A DNA stretch of 63,936 nucleotides, counting the filler, from an uncultured bacterium (lineage in GTDB: Bacteria > DAOPZR01), in assembly GCA_964637655.1 (NCBI GenBank). It is 6 parts of 6 records of this genome, joined end to end, with 100 filler letters (N's around TTAATTAATTAA, not from the genome) between each part and the next. Parts side by side here need not be neighbours in the genome. Positions count along the whole stretch, not along the records: positions 11,702 to 23,293 come from CAZWUZ010000108.1; positions 23,394 to 34,973 come from CAZWUZ010000109.1; 4 more parts are not named here. One strand, 5' to 3'. The translations under genes and the position numbers were made by a program. Below are positions 20,395-29,243 of this stretch, one piece after another. Under the pieces are notes generated by a model that was not told the origin of the DNA, searched no databases, and saw only the letters and a program-made list of their open reading frames with translations. The first letter of the stretch is position 1, and each line of letters starts with the position of its first letter.

Positions 20395-21500
20395 ACCACC
20401 GTCGCGTGCTGGCTGTGGCGCGCAAGGAGTTTCTGCACGTGTTCCGTGACCCGCGCGCCCTGGCGATGGGGCTGGCCATCCCCCTGCTGCTGCTCGTGCT
20501 CTTCGGCTACGCGCTGACCCTCGACGTGGACAGCGTCCCGCTGGTGATTGCGGATTACGACGGCACGCCCGCCTCGCGCGACCTGATCGCGGGGTTTGCC
20601 GGGTCGCGCTATTTCAACCTGCGGGGCATGGTCTACAGCCCGCGCGACCTCGACCGCGCCCTGACCGCGGGGACGGCGCTGCTGGCGGTGGAGATCCCCG
20701 CCGGCTATGCGCGCGACCTGGCCCGGCGGCGGGCGACGGTGCAGGCGATCGTCGACGGCAGCGACGCCAATACCGCGACCTTCGCGCTCAACTACGCGGA
20801 GAGCGTGGTGCGCGCGGCGGGCGCGGCCGTGACCGGGCCCGGCGCACACCCGCGGCTGGATATCCGCGCGCGGCTGTGGTTCAATCCCGCCCTGTCGACG
20901 CGCACCTTCATCGTGCCCGGCCTGATCGCCATCATCCTCTCGGTTATCGCGGCGCTGCTCACCTCGCTGACAGTGGCGCGCGAGTGGGAGACGGGGACGA
21001 TGGAACAGCTGCTGTCGACCCCGCTGACCCGCACGGAACTGATCCTCGGCAAGTTCGCGCCCTACGTGGTCATCGGCGCGGTCGACGCGCTGTGCAGCGT
21101 GGCGATGGGGGTGGGGCTGTTCGCGGTGCCCCTGCTCGGCAGCTGGCTGTCGCTGGCGGCGGTCATCACCGTCTTTCTCGTCGGGGCGCTCGGCATGGGG
21201 CTGTGGATCAGCGCGGTGGCGCGCACGCAGCTGGTGGCCAACCAGATCGCGCTGCTGGTGACCTTCCTCCCCGCCTTCCTGCTCTCGGGGTTCGCCTTCG
21301 ACATCGCCTCGATGCCCGCCCCGCTGCGCGTGCTGACCCATCTCGTCCCGGCCCGCTATCTCGTGTCGCTGCTGCGCGGCATCTTCCTCAAGGGGGTGGG
21401 CCCGGAACTGCTGGTGCGCGACACGGTGCTGCTGACGGTTTTCGCGGTGCTGATGACCATCCTGGCGGTGCGGGCCTGCCGCACGAAACTGGCGGCCTGA
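20391..21500 (+). CDS. ABC-2 permease (YbhS-like)
   Basis: KEFLHVFRDPR, AREWETGTMEQL, TM helices. Confidence 0.92.
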   Translation: MNHRRVLAVARKEFLHVFRDPRALAMGLAIPLLLLVLFGYALTLDVDSVPLVIADYDGTPASRDLIAGFAGSRYFNLRGMVYSPRDLDRALTAGTALLAVEIPAGYARDLARRRATVQAIVDGSDANTATFALNYAESVVRAAGAAVTGPGAHPRLDIRARLWFNPALSTRTFIVPGLIAIILSVIAALLTSLTVAREWETGTMEQLLSTPLTRTELILGKFAPYVVIGAVDALCSVAMGVGLFAVPLLGSWLSLAAVITVFLVGALGMGLWISAVARTQLVANQIALLVTFLPAFLLSGFAFDIASMPAPLRVLTHLVPARYLVSLLRGIFLKGVGPELLVRDTVLLTVFAVLMTILAVRACRTKLAA

Positions 21501-21501
21501 C

Positions 21502-22602
21502 ATGTTCGAACGCCTGCGCGCCATGCTGGTCAAGGAGTTCATCCAGCTGTTCCGCGACCCGCGCATGACGCGCATTCTCTTTGTGGTGCCCGTGTTCCAG
21601 ACGCTGATGTTCGGCTACGCGGTGACGATGGACATCCGCAACGTCGAACTGGCGGTGCTCGATTACGACAGGACGGAGCTGTCGCGCGACTTCCTCGCGT
21701 CGTTCGGCGGCTCCCCGTACTTCACCGCCATGCGGCATGTGGGCACGGACGCGGCGGCGCAGGCGCTCATCGACGCGGGCGAGGTGCGCCTGGCGCTGGT
21801 CATCCCGGCGGGATTCGCGGACGCCTGGCGCGCGGGCCGGGCCCCGGTGCTGCAGCTCATCGCGGACGGCAGCGACGCCTCGTTTTCGGGCAAGGCGCTG
21901 CAGTACGCCTCAGCCATCGCCACCGGGTGGTGGCGCGCGCGCAGCGGGGCGCCGCCGGACGCGGTGACCCTGGCGGCGCGGGCGTGGTTCAACGCCAATC
22001 TCGACAGCCGGAATTTCTACCTGCCCGGGGTGGTGGTGATGCTGGTGATGATCATCACCCTGCTGCTGTCGTCGATGGCGGTGGTGCGGGAAAAGGAGCA
22101 GGGAACCATCGAGCAGGTGATGGTGACCCCCATCCGCCGGACGGAGTTCATCCTCGGCAAGACGCTCCCGTTCGCGCTGGTCTCGCTGGTGACCGTTACG
22201 CTGGTCATCGTGGTCGCGGTGCTCTGGTTCGACCTGCCGCTGCGCGGCAGCCTCGCGCTGCTGCTGGCGGGGACGCTGCTCTACCTGGCGGCGATGCTCG
22301 GCATCGGCCTGCTCATCTCGACGGTGAGCAGCACGCAGCAGCAGGCGATGATGACGGCGTTCTTTTTCATCTTCCCGGGGATGCTGCTCTCGGGATTTGT
22401 TTTCCCCATCTTCAACATGCCGGAACCGGTGCAGTGGCTGACCTGCGCCAATCCGCTGCGCTATTTCCTGGTCATCGTGCGCAGTATCTTTCTCAAGGGA
22501 GCGGGGTTCGACCTGCTCTGGCCGCAGTTCGCCGGGCTGGCGGTGCTGGGCGCGCTGTTTCTCGGGCTGGCGGTCGCCCGCCTGCAGAAGACGACGGGGT
22601 AG
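21502..22602 (+). CDS. ABC-2 permease (YbhR-like)
   Basis: KEFIQLFRDPR, VREKEQGTIEQ, NPLRYF. Confidence 0.92.
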   Translation: MFERLRAMLVKEFIQLFRDPRMTRILFVVPVFQTLMFGYAVTMDIRNVELAVLDYDRTELSRDFLASFGGSPYFTAMRHVGTDAAAQALIDAGEVRLALVIPAGFADAWRAGRAPVLQLIADGSDASFSGKALQYASAIATGWWRARSGAPPDAVTLAARAWFNANLDSRNFYLPGVVVMLVMIITLLLSSMAVVREKEQGTIEQVMVTPIRRTEFILGKTLPFALVSLVTVTLVIVVAVLWFDLPLRGSLALLLAGTLLYLAAMLGIGLLISTVSSTQQQAMMTAFFFIFPGMLLSGFVFPIFNMPEPVQWLTCANPLRYFLVIVRSIFLKGAGFDLLWPQFAGLAVLGALFLGLAVARLQKTTG

Positions 22603-22612
22603 AGGTGAGCGG

Positions 22613-23293
22613 ATGAAGAACGTGCGGATGGGCGGCTGGGTGGCGGTGCTGCTGCGGGCGGGAGCGACCGCAGCGGCGGCGGCGGCAGTGCCGGAATTTG
22701 TCGCGGACACACCGGTGGCGGATGCCGCCGACACCGGCGCGGTCTGGACGCTGGCGGCCTGCGAGCAGTACGCGCTGGCGCATCATCCGGCGCGGGCGGT
22801 GGCGCAGGCGGGTGCGGCGCAGGCAGCGGCGCAGGCGGGTGCGGCGCGGGCCGGCGACTATCCCGACCTGGCACTGACCGGCGGCTACCGGCGCTGGGAG
22901 AGCCATGCCTTCCTGCCGCCGGCCATGGCACGGACGCTGCCGGGGGGGACCATTGGCCCGTTCGATGACTACCATGCGGGGGTGCGCGGCAGCTGGCTGC
23001 TGTACGATTTCGGGCAGCGCGACAGCGTGCAGGCGGCGGCGGACGCGCGGGCGCGGGCGGCGACGGCGGCCATCGCCGTGACCGAGGCGCAGCTGCTGGC
23101 CGGGGCGCGGCTGGGGTACTATGCGCTGCAGGCGGCGACGGCGGCGCGCGACGCGGCCTGGCAGCGGCTCGGGCGGGCCACCGCCCATGTGCAGCTGGCG
23201 GAGCAGCGCACGGCGGCGGGCGCGGTGCCGCGCGCGGATGTGTTGCGCGCGAAGGTGGCAGCGGCTGATGCGCGCCTCGCGTATGTGCAGCGG
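22613..23293 (+). CDS. TolC family outer membrane efflux protein, 3'-truncated
   Basis: WTLAACEQYALAHHP, YPDL, WLLYDFG, G.VPRADVLRA; last gene of efflux operon. Confidence 0.85.
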
Positions 23294-23393
23294 NNNNNNN
23301 NNNNNNNNNNNNNNNNNNNNNNNNNNNNNNNNNNNNNTTAATTAATTAANNNNNNNNNNNNNNNNNNNNNNNNNNNNNNNNNNNNNNNNNNNN
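23294..23393. other. Artificial contig linker
   Basis: N-run, TTAATTAATTAA, N-run. Confidence 0.99.
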
Positions 23394-24206
23394 ATGACCT
23401 ACCACCGGCAGGGGGGGAACCTGCTCTGCCATTACTGCGGGGCGAGCAGCGCGCCGCTGGTCAAATGCCCGCACTGCGGCAAGGGACTGGAGTATCGCGG
23501 TTCGGGCACGCAGAAGATCGAGGAGGAACTCGTCGCGCTCTTCCCGCGGGCGCATATCCAGCGCATGGACCGCGACCTGATCACCACGACGGGCGCGCTG
23601 GAGGATGTCTTCGCGCGCATGCAGTCGGGCGAAATCGACATCCTGCTCGGCACGCAGATGGTGGCCAAGGGACTCGATTTTCCGAATGTCGCACTGGTCG
23701 GGGTGATCAATGCCGACATCGCCATCCACCTCCCTGATTTCCGCGCCGCGGAGCGCAGTTTCAACCAGCTGCTGCAGGTGGCGGGACGCAGCGGGCGCAA
23801 GGAGACGGGGAGCGTCATCATCCAGACCTTCAACCCCGACCACCCGGCGGTCAGGTTTGCCGCGCAGCACGACTACGCGGGGTTCTACGCGTACGAACTG
23901 GCGCAACGCACCGCCAGCGGCTACCCGCCGCTGACCCGGCTCGTGCTGCTGACGTTCAGCGGCAAAGAGGAAGCGGCTGTGGCGGGGACGGCACGCGCGT
24001 TCGCGCAGCGCGCGCGGCGGCAGGGGGGAGTGACCGTCAAGGGCCCGGCCCCGGCGGCGCTGGCGAAAATCAAGGAGAAGTACCGCTACCAGGTGCTGTT
24101 GCTGGCGGACCGGCAGGCGACGCTGGTGCCGGTGCTGCAGCAGCTGCCGGCGCCCGCCCGCGGGGTCGATTGTCACGTCGATGTTGACCCGCTGAGCACG
24201 CTCTGA
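23394..24206 (+). CDS. priA: Primosomal protein N', 3' part
   Basis: CHYCG/CPHCG, GTQMVAKGLDFP, QVAGRSGR, GPAPA. Confidence 0.95.
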   Translation: MTYHRQGGNLLCHYCGASSAPLVKCPHCGKGLEYRGSGTQKIEEELVALFPRAHIQRMDRDLITTTGALEDVFARMQSGEIDILLGTQMVAKGLDFPNVALVGVINADIAIHLPDFRAAERSFNQLLQVAGRSGRKETGSVIIQTFNPDHPAVRFAAQHDYAGFYAYELAQRTASGYPPLTRLVLLTFSGKEEAAVAGTARAFAQRARRQGGVTVKGPAPAALAKIKEKYRYQVLLLADRQATLVPVLQQLPAPARGVDCHVDVDPLSTL

Positions 24207-25681
24207 TGCGCACCTCCGCGCGACTGCTGCTCTGCCTGCTGGCCGGCGGGCTGCTGCTGCGCCTGACCCCGCTGCTGCTGGCGGAGTCCGGGACACTGGC
24301 GGGGGGGCCTGACGCCTGGTATCACCTGCGGCGCGCGCAGCTGGTGGCAGCCGGGCAGCCGCTGACCTTTGACGCCTGGACAGGATATCCCTTCGGCAAT
24401 ACCTGCCACTGGCCGCAGGGGTACGCGCTGCTGCTTGGCACGGCATACCGCGCCGGTGGTATCGCCGCGGTTGCCGCGGTACCGCTGCTGGCGGGACTGC
24501 TGGCGCTGGCGGCAGCGCTGCTCGTGTTCCGGCAGCGCTTTGGCGGCGGAGCATGGTATCCGCTGCTGCTGCTGGCGCTGGCGCCCGCGCTGCTTTTCCC
24601 GACCGTGTACTCAGCCATCGACCATCATTGCCTGGAAGTGCTGTGCAGCGTGCTGGTGCTGGCCGGGCTGGCAGTGCCCGGATGGCGCGGAGCAGTGCTG
24701 CTCGTTGCGGCGGTACTGCTCGCGTACGGCAGCATTCCGTCATGGCCGCTGATCGCCGCGCTCGCGGTGGCCGGGTATGCGGCGTGCCGGCTGCCGCCAC
24801 GCGTGGCGGTGCTGCTGGTACTGCTCGCCGCGCTGGCGTTGCTGGCCGGGACGTCGGTCTACCTGAGCGACCCGTGGCTCGATACAGTAGCGGAGACCCG
24901 GCCGATGCTTTCGGTTGCCGCGCTCTTCCGCGCGGTGGTGGCGTTGTCGCCCGGCGTGCTGCTGCTGCCGCTGGCAGTGCTCTGGTGGGGGCGCGACATG
25001 CGCGACGGCGTTGCTGCCGGCCTGCTGACCCTGACGCTGCTGGCGCTGCCACTGCAGGTGATCGAAACGCGTTTCGCCTACTTTCTCGTGCTTCCGTCCG
25101 CGGCGGCGGCAATGGAAACGCTGCGCTGGCTGCGGCAGCGCAACGTGCGCCCGGGACCGGTCGTGCTGCTCGGTGTGTTCTGCCTGCTGCCGTCGCTGCG
25201 CGGTCTTGGCGAACTGCCGCAATGGGTCGAGGACATGCCGGCGGTGCGGGCGATTGCGCGGCAGCTGCACACGCTTCTGCCGCCGGCCGGTGACCCGCTG
25301 CAGCCGCAGACGCGCCCGGCATACGGTGTGGCGGCGCGTTGGGACTGGGGCCATCACCTGCTCGCCATCGGCGGTCTCCCGGTGGCGGCCAGCCCGTTTC
25401 ATACCGGCGCCGCCGGACGCGTGCTCGCGCACGACCTCATGTTTGCCGTGCCGGAGACGGCGAACGCGCTGGCGGACGCGCATGGTATCCGGGTGTTGCT
25501 GCTCGACGACATGGTGCAGAGCGGCTATGCCGGTGTTGCCGACAGCGGCATGCGGGCGCCGCTGCCGCAGTCGCTCTGGGCGCGCCTGTATGTGGCAGGT
25601 GACACGACGCTGGGGTGGTGCAGGGTGGCGGAACTCGACGGCGACCGTTCGCGCGTGCAGGTCTGGACGCGCGGATGGTGA
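24206..25681 (+). CDS. STT3/AglB-like oligosaccharyltransferase homologue
   Basis: DAWYHLRR, YPFG...WP, DHH..E, TVAE, RFAY, RWDWGH (WWDxG-like); many TM helices; TGATG coupling to priA. Confidence 0.75.
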   Translation: MRTSARLLLCLLAGGLLLRLTPLLLAESGTLAGGPDAWYHLRRAQLVAAGQPLTFDAWTGYPFGNTCHWPQGYALLLGTAYRAGGIAAVAAVPLLAGLLALAAALLVFRQRFGGGAWYPLLLLALAPALLFPTVYSAIDHHCLEVLCSVLVLAGLAVPGWRGAVLLVAAVLLAYGSIPSWPLIAALAVAGYAACRLPPRVAVLLVLLAALALLAGTSVYLSDPWLDTVAETRPMLSVAALFRAVVALSPGVLLLPLAVLWWGRDMRDGVAAGLLTLTLLALPLQVIETRFAYFLVLPSAAAAMETLRWLRQRNVRPGPVVLLGVFCLLPSLRGLGELPQWVEDMPAVRAIARQLHTLLPPAGDPLQPQTRPAYGVAARWDWGHHLLAIGGLPVAASPFHTGAAGRVLAHDLMFAVPETANALADAHGIRVLLLDDMVQSGYAGVADSGMRAPLPQSLWARLYVAGDTTLGWCRVAELDGDRSRVQVWTRGW

Positions 25682-25696
25682 ACGCCCACACGCGCG

Positions 25697-25725
25697 TTGA
25701 CGCTGTTTCCGGCGGCGTGTATACT
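25697..25725 (+). promoter_or_regulatory. Sigma70 promoter
   Basis: TTGACG-17-TATACT upstream of GGAGG RBS and ATG 25755. Confidence 0.65.
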
Positions 25726-25754
25726 GCGCCCCCGACGGCATAACGGAGGAACGG

Positions 25755-26915
25755 ATGCGCTACGCTAAACTGGCGGCAAAAATCGGGGCGACGGCACTGG
25801 TGACGCTGCTGCTGTTCGTCGCCTGTGGCGAATGGCTGCTGCGCTACCGGGCGGAACAGACCGCCGCGGCGGCCCGGGAAAAGTTCATCAGTGAGCATCC
25901 CGGGTTCAACCAGGAGGAATTGCCGGCCACCGCCCCGGTGGGCCAGCTGGCCTACTACTGGGACTGTTATGTCGGGCTGCGCTATGTGCCGGACCAGCAG
26001 GTGCTCAACAAGCGGATCAACACCTACGGCTACCACGACACGGAGTGGACGCGCGTCAAGGCCCCGGGCACCTACCGTATCGCCCTGTTCGGCGGTTCGG
26101 TGGTCGACGGGAACGCGGACAGCGAAATGATCTCGGGCTATCTGCAGGAGGAGCTGCGGGCGCGGCACCCCGAAGTCGAGGTCATCAACTGCGGCCTGAC
26201 CGGCATGATGAGCACGCAGGAACTGATCCTGCTCTGCACCGAGGTGCTCGATTTTGCGCCGGACATGGTTATCAACTACAACGGCATCAACGAACTCTCG
26301 CCCCTGCGCTACGGGCTGAAGCCCGGGGAACATTTCTACTGGTACTTCGGGCAGTACAATATGTCGGGCGGTCAGTCACCCGGCAGGATGCTGGGCGCGC
26401 TGGCGACGAAACTCCGGCTCATGGTCATGGACAAGAGCCATCTCCTGCGCACGCTGCTCGCGCTGGGGGGAGTCGATACGGTCTATTCGGGAGCCGGGGT
26501 CAGCGACGCGCAACTGGCGGCCGCCGTGGACCGCTACTATCACAACCGCGAACTGATGCAGCAGCTTTGCGCGGCGCGCGGCATCAGTACGCTCTGGTTC
26601 ATGCAGCCGATCATCTTCGAAAAGCGGCACCAGACCGTGTACGAGGCGTATACCGAGCAGATGAACCCGCCGGCCATCATCGATTTCTACCGGCGGGGCT
26701 ACCGGATCTTTCACGAGCGGCGGCAGGCGGAAGGCCTGCCCCTGCGCATGGACGAACTGCTCGACAGCGCCACCACCAACATCTTCTCCGACCCGTATCA
26801 CACGTATCCCGAGGGGGGGCGGATGGTTGCCCGGCGCATGGCGGCGGAAGTGGCAAAGGTGCTGGCGGCCCGCCGCCCGGTGCCCGCGGCGGGGCGGCGT
26901 TCAGCGGGACGGTGA
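25755..26915 (+). CDS. Membrane-anchored SGNH/GDSL hydrolase-like protein
   Basis: RIALFGGS, EVINCG, NGINE, DPYH. Confidence 0.8.
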   Translation: MRYAKLAAKIGATALVTLLLFVACGEWLLRYRAEQTAAAAREKFISEHPGFNQEELPATAPVGQLAYYWDCYVGLRYVPDQQVLNKRINTYGYHDTEWTRVKAPGTYRIALFGGSVVDGNADSEMISGYLQEELRARHPEVEVINCGLTGMMSTQELILLCTEVLDFAPDMVINYNGINELSPLRYGLKPGEHFYWYFGQYNMSGGQSPGRMLGALATKLRLMVMDKSHLLRTLLALGGVDTVYSGAGVSDAQLAAAVDRYYHNRELMQQLCAARGISTLWFMQPIIFEKRHQTVYEAYTEQMNPPAIIDFYRRGYRIFHERRQAEGLPLRMDELLDSATTNIFSDPYHTYPEGGRMVARRMAAEVAKVLAARRPVPAAGRRSAGR

Positions 26916-27923
26916 CGGCGTGGAGCCGGTATCCGTCTGCAGCAGCGGCAGGATGACCGGTACATCCTTCTGCACGATGAGGGCGAGTGCCTTCTCGTTG
27001 TAGTGCGTGTCGAGGTTTGATACCCAGAGCAGTTTCTCGTCCTGTCCGATAAACGCATCCAGTGTGTCGACCACCGTGACACCCAGCGGTTGCAGTTCCC
27101 GCGCGGCCTGCTCGTGCATGGCCCGGTACGGGTACTGTTCGATGGCGAGCGTGTTGATCACCGGCAGGATATTGACGATGACGGGAGAACCGTGCCGGCG
27201 CATGGCACTCACCATCCGCCCGAAGGCCTGCCAGGCCGCCCGGTAGGCGGGCGCGTTCGTGTCGTACAGCGACTGGTAATAATTCGCGTATTCCTGCTGA
27301 TACCCCAGCTGGCGCACCAGCGTCTGATAGCGTGACCAGACAAACACCGACAGCATGGAATTTTCGAGGAGCAGGTTGCCCTCCGCGACCGGCGTCGGCT
27401 CCACGTCATTGAGGAAATAGTTGATCACGTAGAGGTCGGCGTCGTAGCTGTCACCCTCGCGGGCGAAAAGGGCGGACTGCTGCACCGCGTTGTAGTTGCC
27501 GCTGCCGAGGTTGACGGCTTCCCAGCGCGTGCCGCTGTCGGCGGCGGTGAGCGCCTGCGCCAGCTGCTCCGGGCAGGTGCCGGCGAACGGCACGCCCCAG
27601 CCGAAGGTCATGCAGTCGCCGACGACGACGACCCGCTTCGTTCCCGGCGTGCGCGCGTAGGCGACGTCCGGACCGCGCAACCCGCGGGCGTTGATGCTGA
27701 CGTCGACCCCGTACAGTTTCGCCTGTGTGCCGGGGCGGTGGACGAAGACGAGGTCCGGGTCGTCGACCCGCTGCTTCATGCGCTGCGAGTACTTCCACAT
27801 CTCGATGTCGAGGTTGTCGCGCAGCGAGAAGAAAACGCGGGTGAACCCCTCACAGACGAGCAGCGTGACGAGCAGCATGATGAGCGAAAAGGCGAGCTTC
27901 TTGGTCAGGGACAGGGTGGGCAT
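26901..27923 (-). CDS. Membrane-anchored SGNH-fold protein (DltD/AlgJ-role candidate), GDC in place of GDS
   Basis: INARGLRG, VVGDCMTFGWGV, YFLND, DTHYN. Confidence 0.8.
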   Translation of the reverse strand: MPTLSLTKKLAFSLIMLLVTLLVCEGFTRVFFSLRDNLDIEMWKYSQRMKQRVDDPDLVFVHRPGTQAKLYGVDVSINARGLRGPDVAYARTPGTKRVVVVGDCMTFGWGVPFAGTCPEQLAQALTAADSGTRWEAVNLGSGNYNAVQQSALFAREGDSYDADLYVINYFLNDVEPTPVAEGNLLLENSMLSVFVWSRYQTLVRQLGYQQEYANYYQSLYDTNAPAYRAAWQAFGRMVSAMRRHGSPVIVNILPVINTLAIEQYPYRAMHEQAARELQPLGVTVVDTLDAFIGQDEKLLWVSNLDTHYNEKALALIVQKDVPVILPLLQTDTGSTPSPSR

Positions 27924-27926
27924 CGT

Positions 27927-28091
27927 TCAGAAATCCATGTAGGTAAAGACCATGGGCGGGCTCTCCATGAGCAGAAAGAGTTGCGTCAGCACGAGCAACA
28001 GCGCCGCCAGCGCGAGCGCGAAGCCGCGCGCCGCCCCGCACCACCCTGCCGCGGTCATGAGCCAGTTCGTGACCCGCTGATAGCCGTCCAT
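27927..28091 (-). CDS. DltX-like small membrane peptide (54 aa, not in ORF track)
   Basis: MDGYQRVTNWLMTAAGWCGAARGFALALAALLLVLTQLFLLMESPPMVFTYMDF*; single TM, C-terminal FxYxxF; fills MBOAT-SGNH gap with 3-nt spacers. Confidence 0.85.
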   Translation of the reverse strand: MDGYQRVTNWLMTAAGWCGAARGFALALAALLLVLTQLFLLMESPPMVFTYMDF

Positions 28092-28094
28092 CGT

Positions 28095-29237
28095 CTATGC
28101 CAGTCCGGTGATGACGCGCGCCACGCGCGCGGCGGTGGCAAGGTCACAGGCGAAGAGCAGCCAGCCCGCGGTGACAAAGTGGAATGTCACGACTCCGCTG
28201 ATGACCGCCAGCGTCCTGCTCCGGCGCAACCGCAGGCGGAGTGTAGCATACCGGGTGAGCAGGGTATAGTCGAGCGCCTTGACAGCGAAGAGGCCGAGCC
28301 CGTGGTAGGCGCCCCAGAGCAGGAAATGCGCGGTCAGCCCGTGCCACAGCCCGATGAGCATCATGGTCGCCATCATCGCGATGAAGGACATGAGCAGGAC
28401 ATGCTTTGCCGGGGTGCGGAACCCGCGGTACAGCACCTTGCCCAGCGGGATGAAGATGTAGTAGCGGATCCACAGGGTCAGCGACATGTGCCAGTTGTTC
28501 CAGAACTCCTGCAGGTTGCGCCGGAAATACGGGTGGCAGAAATTCTCGCACAGTTTCACGCCGAACAGCCGCCCGAGCCCGATGGCGATGTCGGTATAGG
28601 CGGAAAAGTCGAGATAGAGGAAGAGGGCGTAGGCGTAGAGCGCGAGGATGAGCTCCGCGCGCGTGCCGGTTCCGGCAGTGAGCGGGGCGGCGTACGGGGC
28701 GAGCGCCCCGACGATGACGATCTTCTTGACCAGCCCGGCAGTGAGCCGCAGCAGACCGTACAACTGCCCCGCGGGTTCCAGTCGCTGGTTTTCCGGGACG
28801 AAGTCCTCAAGGCGCGACAGCGGCCCGGAGAAGAATTTCGGGAGGAAGAGCAGGTAGCTGAGGTAGGTGCCCAGCGGCATGCCGGTGGCCCGCGGGTTCT
28901 TCGCCCGGTACTCCGCCAGGAAGTGCATGGCATTGAAAGCCAGATAGGAAAACCCGACGAGGCGGAGCGGGATACCGTCCGCCTTCTGCGCCAGCAGGAC
29001 GGCGAGTATGGTGACGATGAGCAGACCCGGGGAAACGCAGCGCGCGCCCAGCCAGGAGAGCGCGGCCACGGTCACCACCGCCACCAGCGCCCAGGGGAGT
29101 TCCCAGGCGAGCAGCAGCGCGGTGGCGCCCGTGAGAAACGGGAAGCGGAACCGCACCGGCAGCAGCCAGTAGACGACCCACAGCAGGTAGGCCCAGCCGA
29201 GGAAGGAGATGAGCGACGGCTGGCCGGCGGCGGGCAT
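28095..29237 (-). CDS. MBOAT family O-acyltransferase (DltB/AlgI-like)
   Basis: GFSY, DFSAYTDIA, ENF..PY, FWNNWHMSL, GLWHG. Confidence 0.93.
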   Translation of the reverse strand: MPAAGQPSLISFLGWAYLLWVVYWLLPVRFRFPFLTGATALLLAWELPWALVAVVTVAALSWLGARCVSPGLLIVTILAVLLAQKADGIPLRLVGFSYLAFNAMHFLAEYRAKNPRATGMPLGTYLSYLLFLPKFFSGPLSRLEDFVPENQRLEPAGQLYGLLRLTAGLVKKIVIVGALAPYAAPLTAGTGTRAELILALYAYALFLYLDFSAYTDIAIGLGRLFGVKLCENFCHPYFRRNLQEFWNNWHMSLTLWIRYYIFIPLGKVLYRGFRTPAKHVLLMSFIAMMATMMLIGLWHGLTAHFLLWGAYHGLGLFAVKALDYTLLTRYATLRLRLRRSRTLAVISGVVTFHFVTAGWLLFACDLATAARVARVITGLA

Positions 29238-29243
29238 GGCGGG

